Shown piece after piece: positions 11,958-23,800 of a stretch of 64,000 nt of DNA. Positions within the stretch are counted from its first letter, which is position 1; the number at the start of each line of letters is the position of its first letter. Made by a program: the position numbers and the translations under genes. Where the stretch lies: contig JBHGNT010000001.1 in the NCBI GenBank assembly GCA_043228905.1, positions 25,420,001-25,484,000 on the forward strand. Direction: 5' to 3'. The notes below the pieces were generated by a model, which was not told where the DNA came from, made no database searches, and saw nothing but the letters and a program-made list of their open reading frames with translations. This DNA is from Azolla caroliniana. Its lineage: Eukaryota; Plantae; Polypodiophyta.

Positions 11958-12135
11958 TGTCGTAGTGTATTCCACACACTACGTGAAAACCATAAAATAA
12001 TATATCCGATTTTAGATACATATAAATAAATAAATAATATATCAAAAGAATTTATCACGTGCATAGGGCAGGATTTGAACCATGCACCTCCACGTAGATA
12101 AACCCCAACTTTACCATTGCATAGGGCAGGATTTG

Positions 12136-12699
12136 GGTTCTAGCATGGTGAACATAGTCTTCTAGCGAGGAAAATTTCCTGCTAGAGAGGTTCATTAAAA
12201 CTTGTGCTGCCTCGGTTCGAGAGGGAGGTTGTAGAAATTGGCCCTTAAAAACCGTGACAAAATCTGTCCAGGTATCGGGCAGTTTTCCCATAGTACGGAG
12301 CCCACGCCACCAGGCGGCAGCCTTACCCCCGAGCTCTCGGCCGACATATGCAATCTTCGTACTATCTAGCGTGGGATAGAGCTCAAAATGAGACTCCCAT
12401 CGTCCCAGCCATGTGTAGCTTGCTTCTTCGGTTCTTTCCTTTTTGTCTCCCGTAAATGGCTTAACTGCAAATGATGGTTCACCTTGTCACTCATCAGGTC
12501 TATTAGTCTCACGTTGTAGACTAATGACACGTGCCTTGAGAGCACTTTGAGATTGCCGAAGTTCAGTCATCTGTTGAGCGGTGAAATTAAGGTATTGGGT
12601 TATTTGTGCCAAATACATCTCAGTGGACATTTGTCCAAGAGGATTCCCTTGAGTTCCTTCCGCTTGAGCGGATGACATCGGGTCGTTAATTTGAGCCAT
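12136..12699 (-). pseudogene. Gypsy-B gag N-terminal remnant
   Basis: Retrotransposon gag-like fragments (MAQINDP.., LPDTWTDFVTVFKGQF) lying between the Gypsy-B leader and the Gypsy-C deletion junction. Confidence 0.75.
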
Positions 12700-13884
12700 T
12701 AAAGATTATTTCTGGAAAAGAAATAGGATAAGTTCAGAGAGATAGTCATAACATCATGTCATGATGTAAACATATCATGGGCAAACATTAATCGATATCA
12801 TGATCTCACGTCAATACCCCTCTAGACGTATGAGATGAGGTTCAAGATCAGGTGACTATGGTAACACAAAGGTGTTTTAAAAACCATGGGGGTGACAATT
12901 TAATGTCTTTCCTTGATCTCTATATCGATTTTTTCATGGCGGCTCCCCGAGGCTCAACCATGTATGTTCGCGTCATGAATAGTTTATACATGAAAAAAAT
13001 GTTAACAATAAACTATGTTTCGGTGCCCACATATGTGGTTTTGGTTCTTTAAGTCCTATTACGAGGACCCCGAGGTGCACTTAGACCTTAAGTCTAAACA
13101 TGTGTTATAGTCGTATGTATCAAGGATGTTGTATGGTCTTGGTCATATTTGAACTCAAGACCTCGAGAACAAATACATTAAACACTTGAGCCAACCAAGT
13201 AAGTTGCTCTTCTCGAATGCTTAATGTTTGATGCGTATAAGAGATATGCGAGGCATTTGATCATATATGTTTTTTTTAAAAGAACATATATGTCAAGGGT
13301 CCTTATTTCGTCCTCATTTACCAAAACTATGTTGGTATGTTACCTAACCTCAAGTCTTGTAATTACGATGGCATACGCCAAAGTGCAACCTAATGGTCAA
13401 GCCAAATGAGCCCTCGTTTCATAGTAGGCTCACGTGGCCCATCACATGGTCACGTCATTACGAATGCCTCTCGTAAGAACGAGCTCATGGTGGCATCGTA
13501 TGCATGTAACGAGGGAGGGATGTTGGATATGTGTGTCATTGGAGCGACCTCACTTGAAGTGGGTCAAGCCCTACGTACTCAACATCATTATGGCTATAGG
13601 CGTTTCTTTACGTAACGAAATCAAGGTCATCAACTGGGTTGTCAACAATACAAAATTGTTGAAAAAGGGATGGTGACAACGCCATTCTCACAAAAATGTG
13701 AGGACGGCCACCAACATCCTTTTCTCGACAAGGACAACTTTCGATATAATCACGTAATAACGAATATACACATATGTTTACTTATCACATATATACGATC
13801 AAGTACGTATATACGTGACCACATATGCCTATATTAAACATATCATTATATTAAATAGCCACAAATGGTGTGATCGAGATATGT

Positions 13885-14143
13885 AATCGAGGTATATACC
13901 TCTACGCACACGAAACATCCACAAATAAGAGATCATTGTGATACGCAATTGAGGTATTGACCTCTTACGCATACGAGACCAAACGCATATCCTTTACAAT
14001 AAATCAAGGTATTAAACTCATACGTAAACGTAACATATGTTCGTGAACGTAATACGTAATTGAGGTATTAACCTCGTACACATACGACACTCATCACATA
14101 TTATTAATATGTCAAACGAGGTATTGACCTCGTGCACATATGC
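13885..14143. repeat. Five-unit hairpin repeat array (GAGGT-N4-ACCTC, period 55-62 bp) in the Gypsy-B leader
   Basis: Cores at 13889, 13951, 14006, 14062, 14118; equivalent array in Gypsy-0 at 32767-33010. Confidence 0.85.
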
Positions 14144-14389
14144 AAACGTTTTAGATAATCAATTAAAGACCACCACAACATCATTGACTTAATGAAAAAA
14201 AATGACATATAAACTAAACACATGATTAGATGGGAGAAGAGAGAATAGAAATTTTTTTTATGGAAAGAGTTACCAAAGTTCTTTGTTGATCGTTGTCTGG
14301 ATCAAGGCCGACTGCACATCGATCGATCACCATCAATCAAAAGACAAATGAAAAACAAAGAAACATTAGTACATAAATCTGATACCAAA

Positions 14390-14844
14390 TATTAGAGATC
14401 TAGGTACTAAAGTAAGCTTAAGATAAGGATAAAGTATTGATAGATAGAAAGGAGAAAGAGAAAGAACGGTGCCGATCCACCCGACCACCCCCGAGCGAAG
14501 GGATCGAGACGGACTCGAGCCCCGATCGGCGTCCCATACCACCGTCGTGGCGTTGAGTCGTACCTGGTGCTGGCGCGCTCGCTACAAGAGTTGACCCACC
14601 ACAAGAGCAGAGTCTCGATGTAGTCAAAAGATGATCAAATGAGGGTAGCTAGGCCTCTTATTTATAGCGATACCCAAGGCCCCCAGGTAAGTTCACACTT
14701 AACCTAATGGGTTGTCTCAATCTCGAGGATTAAAAGTAATCCTCCCCTTCTTTACACTCTCGTTTAACCCTCACACTTATCCACGTGTATAGAATACTAC
14801 GGTAAATTCTCACCACGGGATATTAAATGGTCATGCCCGTAACA
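14390..14844 (-). repeat. Gypsy-B 5' LTR
   Basis: 455 bp, adjacent to the iMet PBS, followed by TSD AGGCC. Confidence 0.95.
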
Positions 14845-15215
14845 AGGCCCAAATAAGCTCCCTCGTTGTTGTGACTTCGGCGCTTGTCGATTCGCCGATT
14901 CCTTTGTGTTGGCGTCGACTTTTGCTGCCTTCTCGTCCTCTTGGCCTTGAATTGATCCGGTTCTTCCGAATCCGTGTGTTGAACCGAATCGACTGTCTTC
15001 GATTCGTTCCAGCTCTTGTTTGAATCGGTCGCTCCCGATTCGTCTTCCGGTTCCAGGCCCTTCACCACATCGGACCATGTATGGGTCTTGGCCTTCTTCT
15101 TCCGGTTGGCTGTGTCATTCTTGACTCTACCTGTGTCGGTTCTTCCCTCACCTACGCAATCTGTAGTTTCTTTGCCTTTGCCCGTTCTCCCCCTCAAGTG
15201 TGGCATGTCGAGATG

Positions 15216-16954
15216 CTAAACACCAAGCATTTCGGTGAAGTGCTGCAACTTGTCCGATCCGAGTGGTTTGGTGAAGATGTCGGCAACTTGCCGATCCGTA
15301 TGACCATATCGAAGTTCGACTTCACCACTCAGGACACGCTCACGCACGAAGTGGTAGTGCACTTCTATGTGCTTTGTGTGAGCATGGAATATGGGGTTCT
15401 TGGCGAGCTGCATGCTGCTTATGTTCTCACAGTAGATCAGGATCGGGGTCGGCACCTCGATCTGTAGGTCTTGCAGCAGTCGCCGAAGCCAAACAACTTC
15501 AAAGGTGGCAATGGCAGTGCCCTGGTATTCAGCCTCAGTGCTCGAAAGGGCCACTGTTGGCAGCTTTTTGTTGCTCCACGCAACAGCCTCGCTACCAAGG
15601 GAAAACATATAACCGGAGGTGGATCGGCGATCCGATGCATCGTCGGCCCAGTCGGCATCGGTGTAGCCGACAAGCTCTTCAATTATACCATGCCAGTATA
15701 ACAGTCCCCGTTCCTTCGTGCCGCTCACATATCGCAAAATTCGATGCGCGCACAGAAAGGTGCTCCACGGTCGGCTTCTGCATATATTGGCTGATCACGC
15801 CGACTGGATAACTGATGTCGGGTTGGGTGATTGTCAAATATTTAAGGCTTCCGACGATTTGTCGGAACTGCTTCTCATCGCAGGCTGGTCCGGAGTCGGG
15901 ACGGAGTTGCTGGTTCCAGTCCAGGGGTGTGGAGATCGGTCCGCATTCTGTCATGCCGAACTTGTACAACATAGTCAACACATAGTGTCTTTGTGAGAGC
16001 AATATGTCGTTGGGGGTTTGGATCACCTCGATCCCAAGGAAATAGTGAAGGTCCCCCAGGTCCGTCATCTCAAATGCGTCTGACAGCTGGGACTTGACTC
16101 GGTTGATTTCATCGAGTCCGAGTCCAATGATGACTAGATCATCAACATACAACAAGATGCAAACCGGACCGTCTGGACCTTGCCGGATGAACAACGAAGA
16201 GTCAAACTTGGAGGCCGCAAACCCCAGCTTACGCAACCGGTGCGTGATCTTCCCATTCCAAGCTCGGGGGGCTTGCTTCAGGCCATAAAGTGACTTCTTC
16301 AGTCGGCATACCGCCGACTTATTCATCTCTGACTAGAAATCGGGTGGTTGGGTCTTAAAGACCTCTGTGTCAAGATCACCTTGAAGAAATGCATTCTTCA
16401 CGTCCATCTAGTGAAGATGCCACCCCCTTGCCGTAGCAACCGCCAACACCACACAAACCGGTTAGCCGATTCCGGGCCTTGTACCGGTTAGCCGAACCGT
16501 CGGCATTGTACTTTACCTTGTACACCCACTTACATCCGATCGGTTTACAGTGTCGGGAAGGGTCAACTACGTCTCATGTGTCGTTGGCATCAAGTGCCCG
16601 CATCTCTTCCTCCATAGCGGCATGCCAATTTACGTCCTTTGCCACTTCTGCGTAGCTCTCCGGCTCACGCACTTCCGCCACCTTGGTCATGTACGCATAG
16701 TGATGCACCATGTACTCATTGTACCCGTACCGCTTCACGAGGTTCTTCTGGTAGGAAGACCGGCGTAACTTATCGTTACCCGGTTTGAGGTCCTTCTTGG
16801 CCGGTTCGGTCTTCATTCTCGAAGATCCACCTTCATCCTTTTCGAAGTCGGATTCGCTCCGATCCGACTCAACGTTGCCGGTTCCTTCTCTTTGCACATG
16901 AATCGTCTCCTCCGTTCCTTGCACGGGGAGAACACAGCAGGGTCTCCATTACTT
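15216..16954 (-). pseudogene. Copia-A RT and RNase H (disrupted)
   Basis: LKKSLYGLKQAPRAW, LYVDDL, GYTDADWA, VALSSTEAEY, KHIEVHYHFVRE, ADIFTK. Confidence 0.92.
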
Positions 16955-16959
16955 GCTGG

Positions 16960-17368
<409 letters not shown>

Positions 17369-20049
17369 CTCCCCCGTTATGGGCGTATACATGGGTTATC
17401 TGAAATTACAGGTATATACAAGGTTTATCGGACATATCGGTTTTGTTCGAGCTGGCAAGATCTGAAGACACAAGACCGAACCGGTTGGGTCAGAAAAGTT
17501 GAAGCCAGTCCTCAAAGAACCGATGTCGGTTGTCCGAAACCAATCTGTGATGTGTGTCCGACTTTAACCGGATTGATTTTTCGTTACGCTCATCTGGTGC
17601 CGAAGGGACCGGAAGCGATCCGCCGAAAGACACTTGGTCATTCCATCTGCGACATTATCGGTTGTGGATATCTTCTCGAGACCGATTTTCCCTGAAATGA
17701 CGCAGTACTGAACAAAGTGATATCGAACGCCGATATGCTTGGAGGCGTTGTGGTGAACTGGATTTTTTGACAAAGGAACAACACCCTGACTGTCGCTGTA
17801 GACAATTGGAGCGGAGTCAAAGTTGACTTGACGAAACGTGTGCGCCAGCAGACCAAGCCATAAAGCTTCTTTTGCCACGTTGGACATAGTTACATATTCC
17901 GCTTCGGTCGTTGAGGTGGCTGTGCACTCCTGAAGTTTCGACTTCCACGAGATTGCTCCATTGCCGAATTTGAAACAATATCCGGTTGTTGATTTCCGAT
18001 TGTCCACGCAATCGGCAAAGTTCGAGTCGGTGTAACCAACTACGCTTGAGGTTGAGTTCGGGCCAAAAAGAATGTCATGGTTTTTTGTGCCAGCTAGATA
18101 TCTGAACACATGCTTGACTGCGTTCCAGTGCGATCGGCCTAGGTTGTGCATGAATCTGCTAACGACTCCTACGGCGTGAGAAATATCAAGCCGTGTCGCG
18201 AGTGGGGTCGAAGCAGACTTGGCCAAGTACATGTTGAAGCGTTCCAAGACACGTTCGATGTAGTAGGTTTGAGACAAGAAAAGTTATCGTTTATCGTGAT
18301 GCCGACTAATCTTCATACCAAGTATGTGTTTTGCCGGACCGAGGTCCTTCATGGCAAACTTCAACCGCAGTTTCTGAACGAGTTCGGTGAGCTCTCCAGC
18401 ATGTCGGCCGGAGAGTAGCATGTCGTCCACGTAAATGATGAGGAAGACAAGAGACCCATCTTGAGTTGTTTTGGTGAAGAGACAGTGGTCCTCATCGCTC
18501 TTGGAGAAGCCGACCGATTGGATGAAGTCGTCTAACTTCTTGTACCACTGTCGGGGTATCTGTTTTAGGCCGTATAAACTCTTCCTGAGTCGGCAGACTA
18601 GATGTTCCTGGTCGGATGCCACAAAGCCTTTCGGTGGCATCTGTCGATTCTTCGGTAATTCGACCAAGTCCCAAGTCTTGTTTGCACGGATGGAGTGCAT
18701 TTCCGACTCCATCGCTAGGTACCAGGTGGTTGAGTCGGCAGATGCTGATGCTTCTTCGTAAGATGTCCGTTCGCCGGCGTCAGTAATTGTTTTTTTGGGA
18801 GAGTACCTTTCCAGAGGTTGCGACAGTCTCTCGGATCTTCGAGGTATGACTGGATTGGTCGCACCAGGTATAGGTATCGGATGGTTGGAACCCGAGCCAT
18901 TCGGTTGTGCTGAATCGGTGGATTCAAGACGGGAGGTGTCGGTTACCCGTGAAACTGATCTCGTGTTGTGGGTTGGGCCTTCATGAAGGGTTGGCACTTC
19001 GGAAAATATTACCCTTCGGACTTCAATAGGCCTTTCGGCCGTTTTATGCATAGCCAACTCGTTGAACACGACGTCCAAACTTTAGATGATTTGTCTATGC
19101 TCGGGGTACTAGAGTCGATATCCGATCTTGCCATCGGGTCCATATCCAAGGAAAACGCATTTCCTTGATCTTGGTTCGAGTTTCCGGCGGTCGTCTTTTG
19201 GTATGAGGGCATACGCCTCGCAGCCGAAGATCCTCAGCTTGTCATAATTCAGCTTATTGCCGGTCCATGTTTCCTGAGGTATTTTAAGTCCTAGAGGTCT
19301 ACTTGGTGACATATTTATTATGTGTACTGTTGTAAGTAGAGTCTCCGCCCATAAGCCATCCGACAGTCCGGAGTGTTGGAGCATGGATACTATGCGTTCT
19401 TGAATCGTCCGATTCATGCGTTCAACAATTCCGTTCTGCTCCGGACTATAGGGTGCCGTATATTCACGTCGAATGCCGCGTTCCCGGCAAAATTTGACGA
19501 ATTCGTCAAACTTGAATTCTCCTCCATTATCGGTTCGAAGACATTTTAGTTTCCAACCGGTCTGGTTTTCAACCATTGCAACCCATTCGGAGAAGTTCAA
19601 GAACACCCGATCTTTGGTTTTAATGGGGTAAGCCCACACCTTCCGAGTTGAGTCATCAATAAAATTAACGAAGTACAAAGCACCGCCGAGAGACTGATGT
19701 GGCATCGGGCCACAGACGTTCGAGTGGACCAAATCGAGGGGACTCGATTCTCTTGGTGTTGATGTCGGGTGTGATGTGGCTACCTGTTTGTCGTATTGGC
19801 AATGCTCGCAGAATTGGTGATCCGAGAAGGAGAGCTCGGGGATGTAACAGGCTCTGGCTAGGTGCGTTATGCCGACTTTGCTGAGGTGTCCAAGTCGTCC
19901 ATGCCATAACGATGACATGGGGATATCAACCAGAAATAAGTCACCCTCTTTGAGTGTGACATATAAAGGGTACAAAGAGTGTACCTTTGGTCCTCAAGCA
20001 AGCAGGAGGTTCCCTTTGTGGAGTGTCCACCCTCCTGATGAGAACCCGG

Positions 20050-20771
20050 TGTCGGGGTTACTACGCCCTTGCGTGTAGAAAGGAGGAGGGACCACGGGGG
20101 TCTTGAACCGAAGAGCAAGAGAGAGAGGAGTAAGAGAGAGAGACCCGATTACACTGAACCGAAGATCCGATTGCGCAGAACCGACACTTGCACAGGGACA
20201 CGGCCCAACAAACAGAGATCACAAATAAACGCCGACGCAGATGGACGCAACAACGAAAGATATGTACTTATGAATGCAAAAAAAATAACAGACTAAAGTA
20301 TTACAACCCACGGTGGGGCACGAAATAGATACTAACGAAAACGAACAGGGCGGCGAACAGATGCCGACCCCTGTATGTCTTGACGCACAGAAAGGGAAAA
20401 TAGGTCGGAGGTGCTGCGGGACGCACTCGGGCCGTTCCACGGAACAGCGCAAGCCTCCTCGAAACCTGCACAGGTACGCGATGGAGCAGAAGACAGAGAA
20501 AGCAGGAGTGAGAGAGAAGCTCCGAAATCGGTTCCGCAGCACTTCCCCCTCTCCGCGCGAGATACCCCCCACTTCTCTTCTTCCTCTTCCTTTTTTTTAG
20601 CCCGTCCAGAGGCCGTTTGGCATTAACTGCATACCAACCGAATCTACCCACCTAGGATCCTCGTATGTACCTACTTCGTCCTTAGGTACTTCTTGGCGCG
20701 CGCGTGTGTGTAGAGCCGTTTCCCACGCCTTGTTCCTCCGATTCCTCTTGTGGGCGGTTTTCTTCACGACA
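20050..20771 (-). repeat. Gypsy-F 3' LTR
   Basis: Near-identical to 26502-27223. Confidence 0.96.
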
Positions 20772-20843
20772 TCCGCCCCCACCTAACCGCGCATCCACCG
20801 GCATGCGCCAAATTAAGTTGGCACGGAGAAAACCGGCCCGCCT

Positions 20844-23800
20844 TTACTCTTCGCCTGCCGGCCCTTCCTCGGCCTCGGATCGGTCGTCGCTGCTATCCAG
20901 GAGAATCGGGTCGGGTTCGTCGTCGTGCCGCTTCTTGAAAGCTTTGATCCTCTTCCCGGCCACGGGTATCGCTATTCTCGTGCCGTCGAGTTCCGCCAGA
21001 TGATACGTCCCGTTGTCGTTGGCGCTCTGTACCGTGTACGGCCCGAACCATCTCCGTGCGAACTTCCGCGTTGCTCGGTGCTGGTTGTCGAGGCTGCTGT
21101 CGTAGACGAGCACCCAGTCACCTTCGTCGATTTTCTTCGGTCGTAGCCGGTGCGTTCGGTCGAACCGGGCTTTGTTCTTTGTCCTCGCCACCCGGAGCTT
21201 CTCCGTAGCCAGTGCCACGTCCTCCGGTCTCCGCTCGAGCTGTCGTATACGTGCGGCCAACAACTCCTCCCGGCTCATCTCGTCCCTCCAGTCGACCGTT
21301 GCCCACGAGGAGATCGTCCGTTCAATCGGCATGATCGGCTTCTGGCCGAACATGAGCTCCGTCGGCATGTACCCGGTTACCGAACTGTGCGTGGTCCGGT
21401 CTGCCCACAAAGCATAAGGTAGCAGCCGCGGCCAGTTACCGACTCGGCCTCCGCATGCCCGAATCAACGCCTTGACGATCGGTCCGTGTCCGCGCTCCAC
21501 CTTTCCATTCGCCTCCGGATTGTACGCAGTGGTGAGCGAGAGCTTGACTCCAAGCCGGTCGAACAGCTCCGCGGCCTCTTCGGCGTCCAACTCCCCTCGG
21601 TCAGCCACGATCTTCCCGACGCACCCGTACCGGCATATCACGTCCTCGACTAGGAACCGACACACGGCCGCGGTCGTCTTGTTCTGAAGGGCTCGGCCTT
21701 CCACCTGGTTCGTCAGGTCTTCCCGCGCTAGAACCAGATACCGCATCTGTCCTACCCCCATCGGCATCGTCACCAGATCTACCATCCATTTGAAGTGGAT
21801 AGTCGGAGGGTACGTAGGGTGAAGCCCGTCCCGGTGTCGGACTATCGAGTGCATCTGACAACTCTCGCAAGTTGACACGAACCGATGCACGTCCCGGTAC
21901 AATCCCGGCCACCAGTACTTCCCCTTCAGCTTCTCAAACGTCGCCCACGTTCCACGGTGTCCAGCCCAAGGGCTGTCGTGGTAGGCCGCCAGTAGCTCCT
22001 CCTGTACTTCCTTCATCGCCACCACCCGGAGCGGGACGCCGTCCCTCTTCTTCGGGTGCTTCCATAGATGCCCATCTCGGAGAAAGAATCGATATGCTTT
22101 CTTCCGGATCCGGTTGGCCTCGTCCTTCGTCCATGACGCATCGGGCGTCATTGTCTTCAAAAACCCGCCGATCTGCAGCCACTCCCCGTCGTACTTGCTC
22201 GCGTCGAACTCGTTAAGCGCCGGAGTGCTCATCCCGTCGGTCGTTATGTATGCCGCCTCGAAGAAATCCACGCCGACTTCTTCGTCTTCCGAAACCATGC
22301 CGCCCTCGTCGTCGAACCTCGCCCTCGAAAGCATGTCGGCCATGGCGTTGTCTTTCCCGGAAAGGTGTCGTATTTCCGGATCCAGGGACTTGATGTACGC
22401 TATCCACCTGAGCATCGCCAGGTCCGGAGTCGCGCATCCGGAAACCATACCGAGAATCGGCAGGCAATCCGTCTCGATGATCACTTCTGTCCCTATCAGG
22501 TAGTCTTTGTCGGCCTTAACCGCCGAAACAATACCCCAGAGTTCGCGTTTAACCTGGGCGTATCCTCGCTGCCGTTCACTGAGGACTTTCGCGCCGAATC
22601 GGATCGGAAACCGATTGCCGTCCTCGTCTTCCTGGTTCACGACCCATCCGATCCCGGTCGGACTGGTATCCACCGTTATGAATACCGGGGTACCCTTCCC
22701 GTATACCGCCTTCCGGAGTGCCGGTGCCGCTGCAAGGGCCTCTTTCAGCTTCCGGACCGATTCCGCGTGCTCGTCTAGCCATTCGAACCTTCGCCCCTTT
22801 TTCAGCAACCCGTACAGTGGCTCCGCGACGTGTGCGTAATGCGGGATCCATATGTGGTAGAACGCGCATGCCCCCAGGAATCTCCGTACTTCCGTGACCG
22901 AGCTGCAGTCGGGCTTCATCGCGGAGATGGCTTCTACCTTTGCCGGAGACGGTTTCCGGCCATATGGTCCGCACAGGTGTCCGACCACCATGATTTCTGA
23001 CTGCCCGAAGGCCGACTTCTCCCCGGAGAAGGTGAGTCTCGCATCCTCTAGCCTTTGCAGCACCTTCTCGCAGTCGTCGATGTGCGTCGCCACGAATCGC
23101 CGGCATCCGTCCGGCCCGATCGTCTCGTCCTTTTCTTCCACCGGGCATCCCTTGATCGGGATGTCGTCCAGAAACGGCATGGTGATGTCCGGGATACAGT
23201 CCCTCAGAACCTTGTTCATCGCATTCACCATGTGGGCCACCGAGTTGGTCCCTCCTTGCGGCAGTGTACACATCCGAACTAGGCCGAGGGGAGTTCGCAT
23301 CGTCGTAATGTCTCTGCTCTCCACGGCTAGCTGGAACTGGTCGTACCCTGAGTATAGATCCCCGACCGAGTAAATTGACCTTCCGGCGAAGGCCTCCGCG
23401 AACTCGTCTATGGTCGGTCCGATCCCTGCGTTCCGAATGGTCACTCGATTGACCGGCTGCAGGTCCTGGATGAAGCGCAACGAACCGTTTTTCTTCGGTA
23501 CGGTAAACCATCGATTCGAATATGGGGCGCTCGACGGCTCGAGAATTCCCATATCAACCTTCTGCCTCAGCAGCTCCATCAACTTCGGGATGTGAGCTCT
23601 CGGAACCGGGATTGGCTTGAGATTCCATGGTACATGCGGTACCGTGAATATCACCATCGGCTCCACGATCGTCGGGTCAACGCACCCGATTTCCTCCGGC
23701 GAGAATGCGAAGGCTTTCCCGTGCCTTCCGAGCATTCTCCGAAACCGGTCTTCCTCCGCCGGCAGTAGGAACCCGCCCCCACCGATTTTGAGCTCTCGGA

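Larger units (their letters stand above)
4876..12121 (+). mobile_element. Gypsy-C: non-chromoviral Ty3/gypsy with tRNA-Trp PBS; 3' LTR truncated by deletion
   Basis: 5' LTR 4876-5579 (TGTCG..CGACA); PBS 5584-5601; PPT ggagggggcgaa 11946-11957; 3' LTR 11958-12121 matches only the first ~164 bp of the 5' LTR. Confidence 0.93.
714..14844 (-). mobile_element. Gypsy-B: chromodomain-bearing Ty3/gypsy (chromovirus), degenerate, inserted in the 3' region of Copia-A
   Basis: 455-bp LTRs 714-1168 and 14390-14844 (about 16 substitutions by eye); TSD AGGCC (709-713, 14845-14849); iMet PBS tctgatacca 14378-14387; PPT next to 1169. Confidence 0.95.

Noticed and set aside
13140-13200. Second tRNA/SINE-like A/B-box pair (minus strand TGGCTCAAGTG..GAGTTCAAAT) in the Gypsy-B leader
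   Set aside because: Short spacing, weak boxes, and the region is deleted in Gypsy-0, so conservation cannot be tested.
13885-14143. CRISPR array
   Set aside because: Eukaryotic retrotransposon leader, degenerate repeats, no cas genes, and spacers shared between the two element copies; kept only as a hairpin array.
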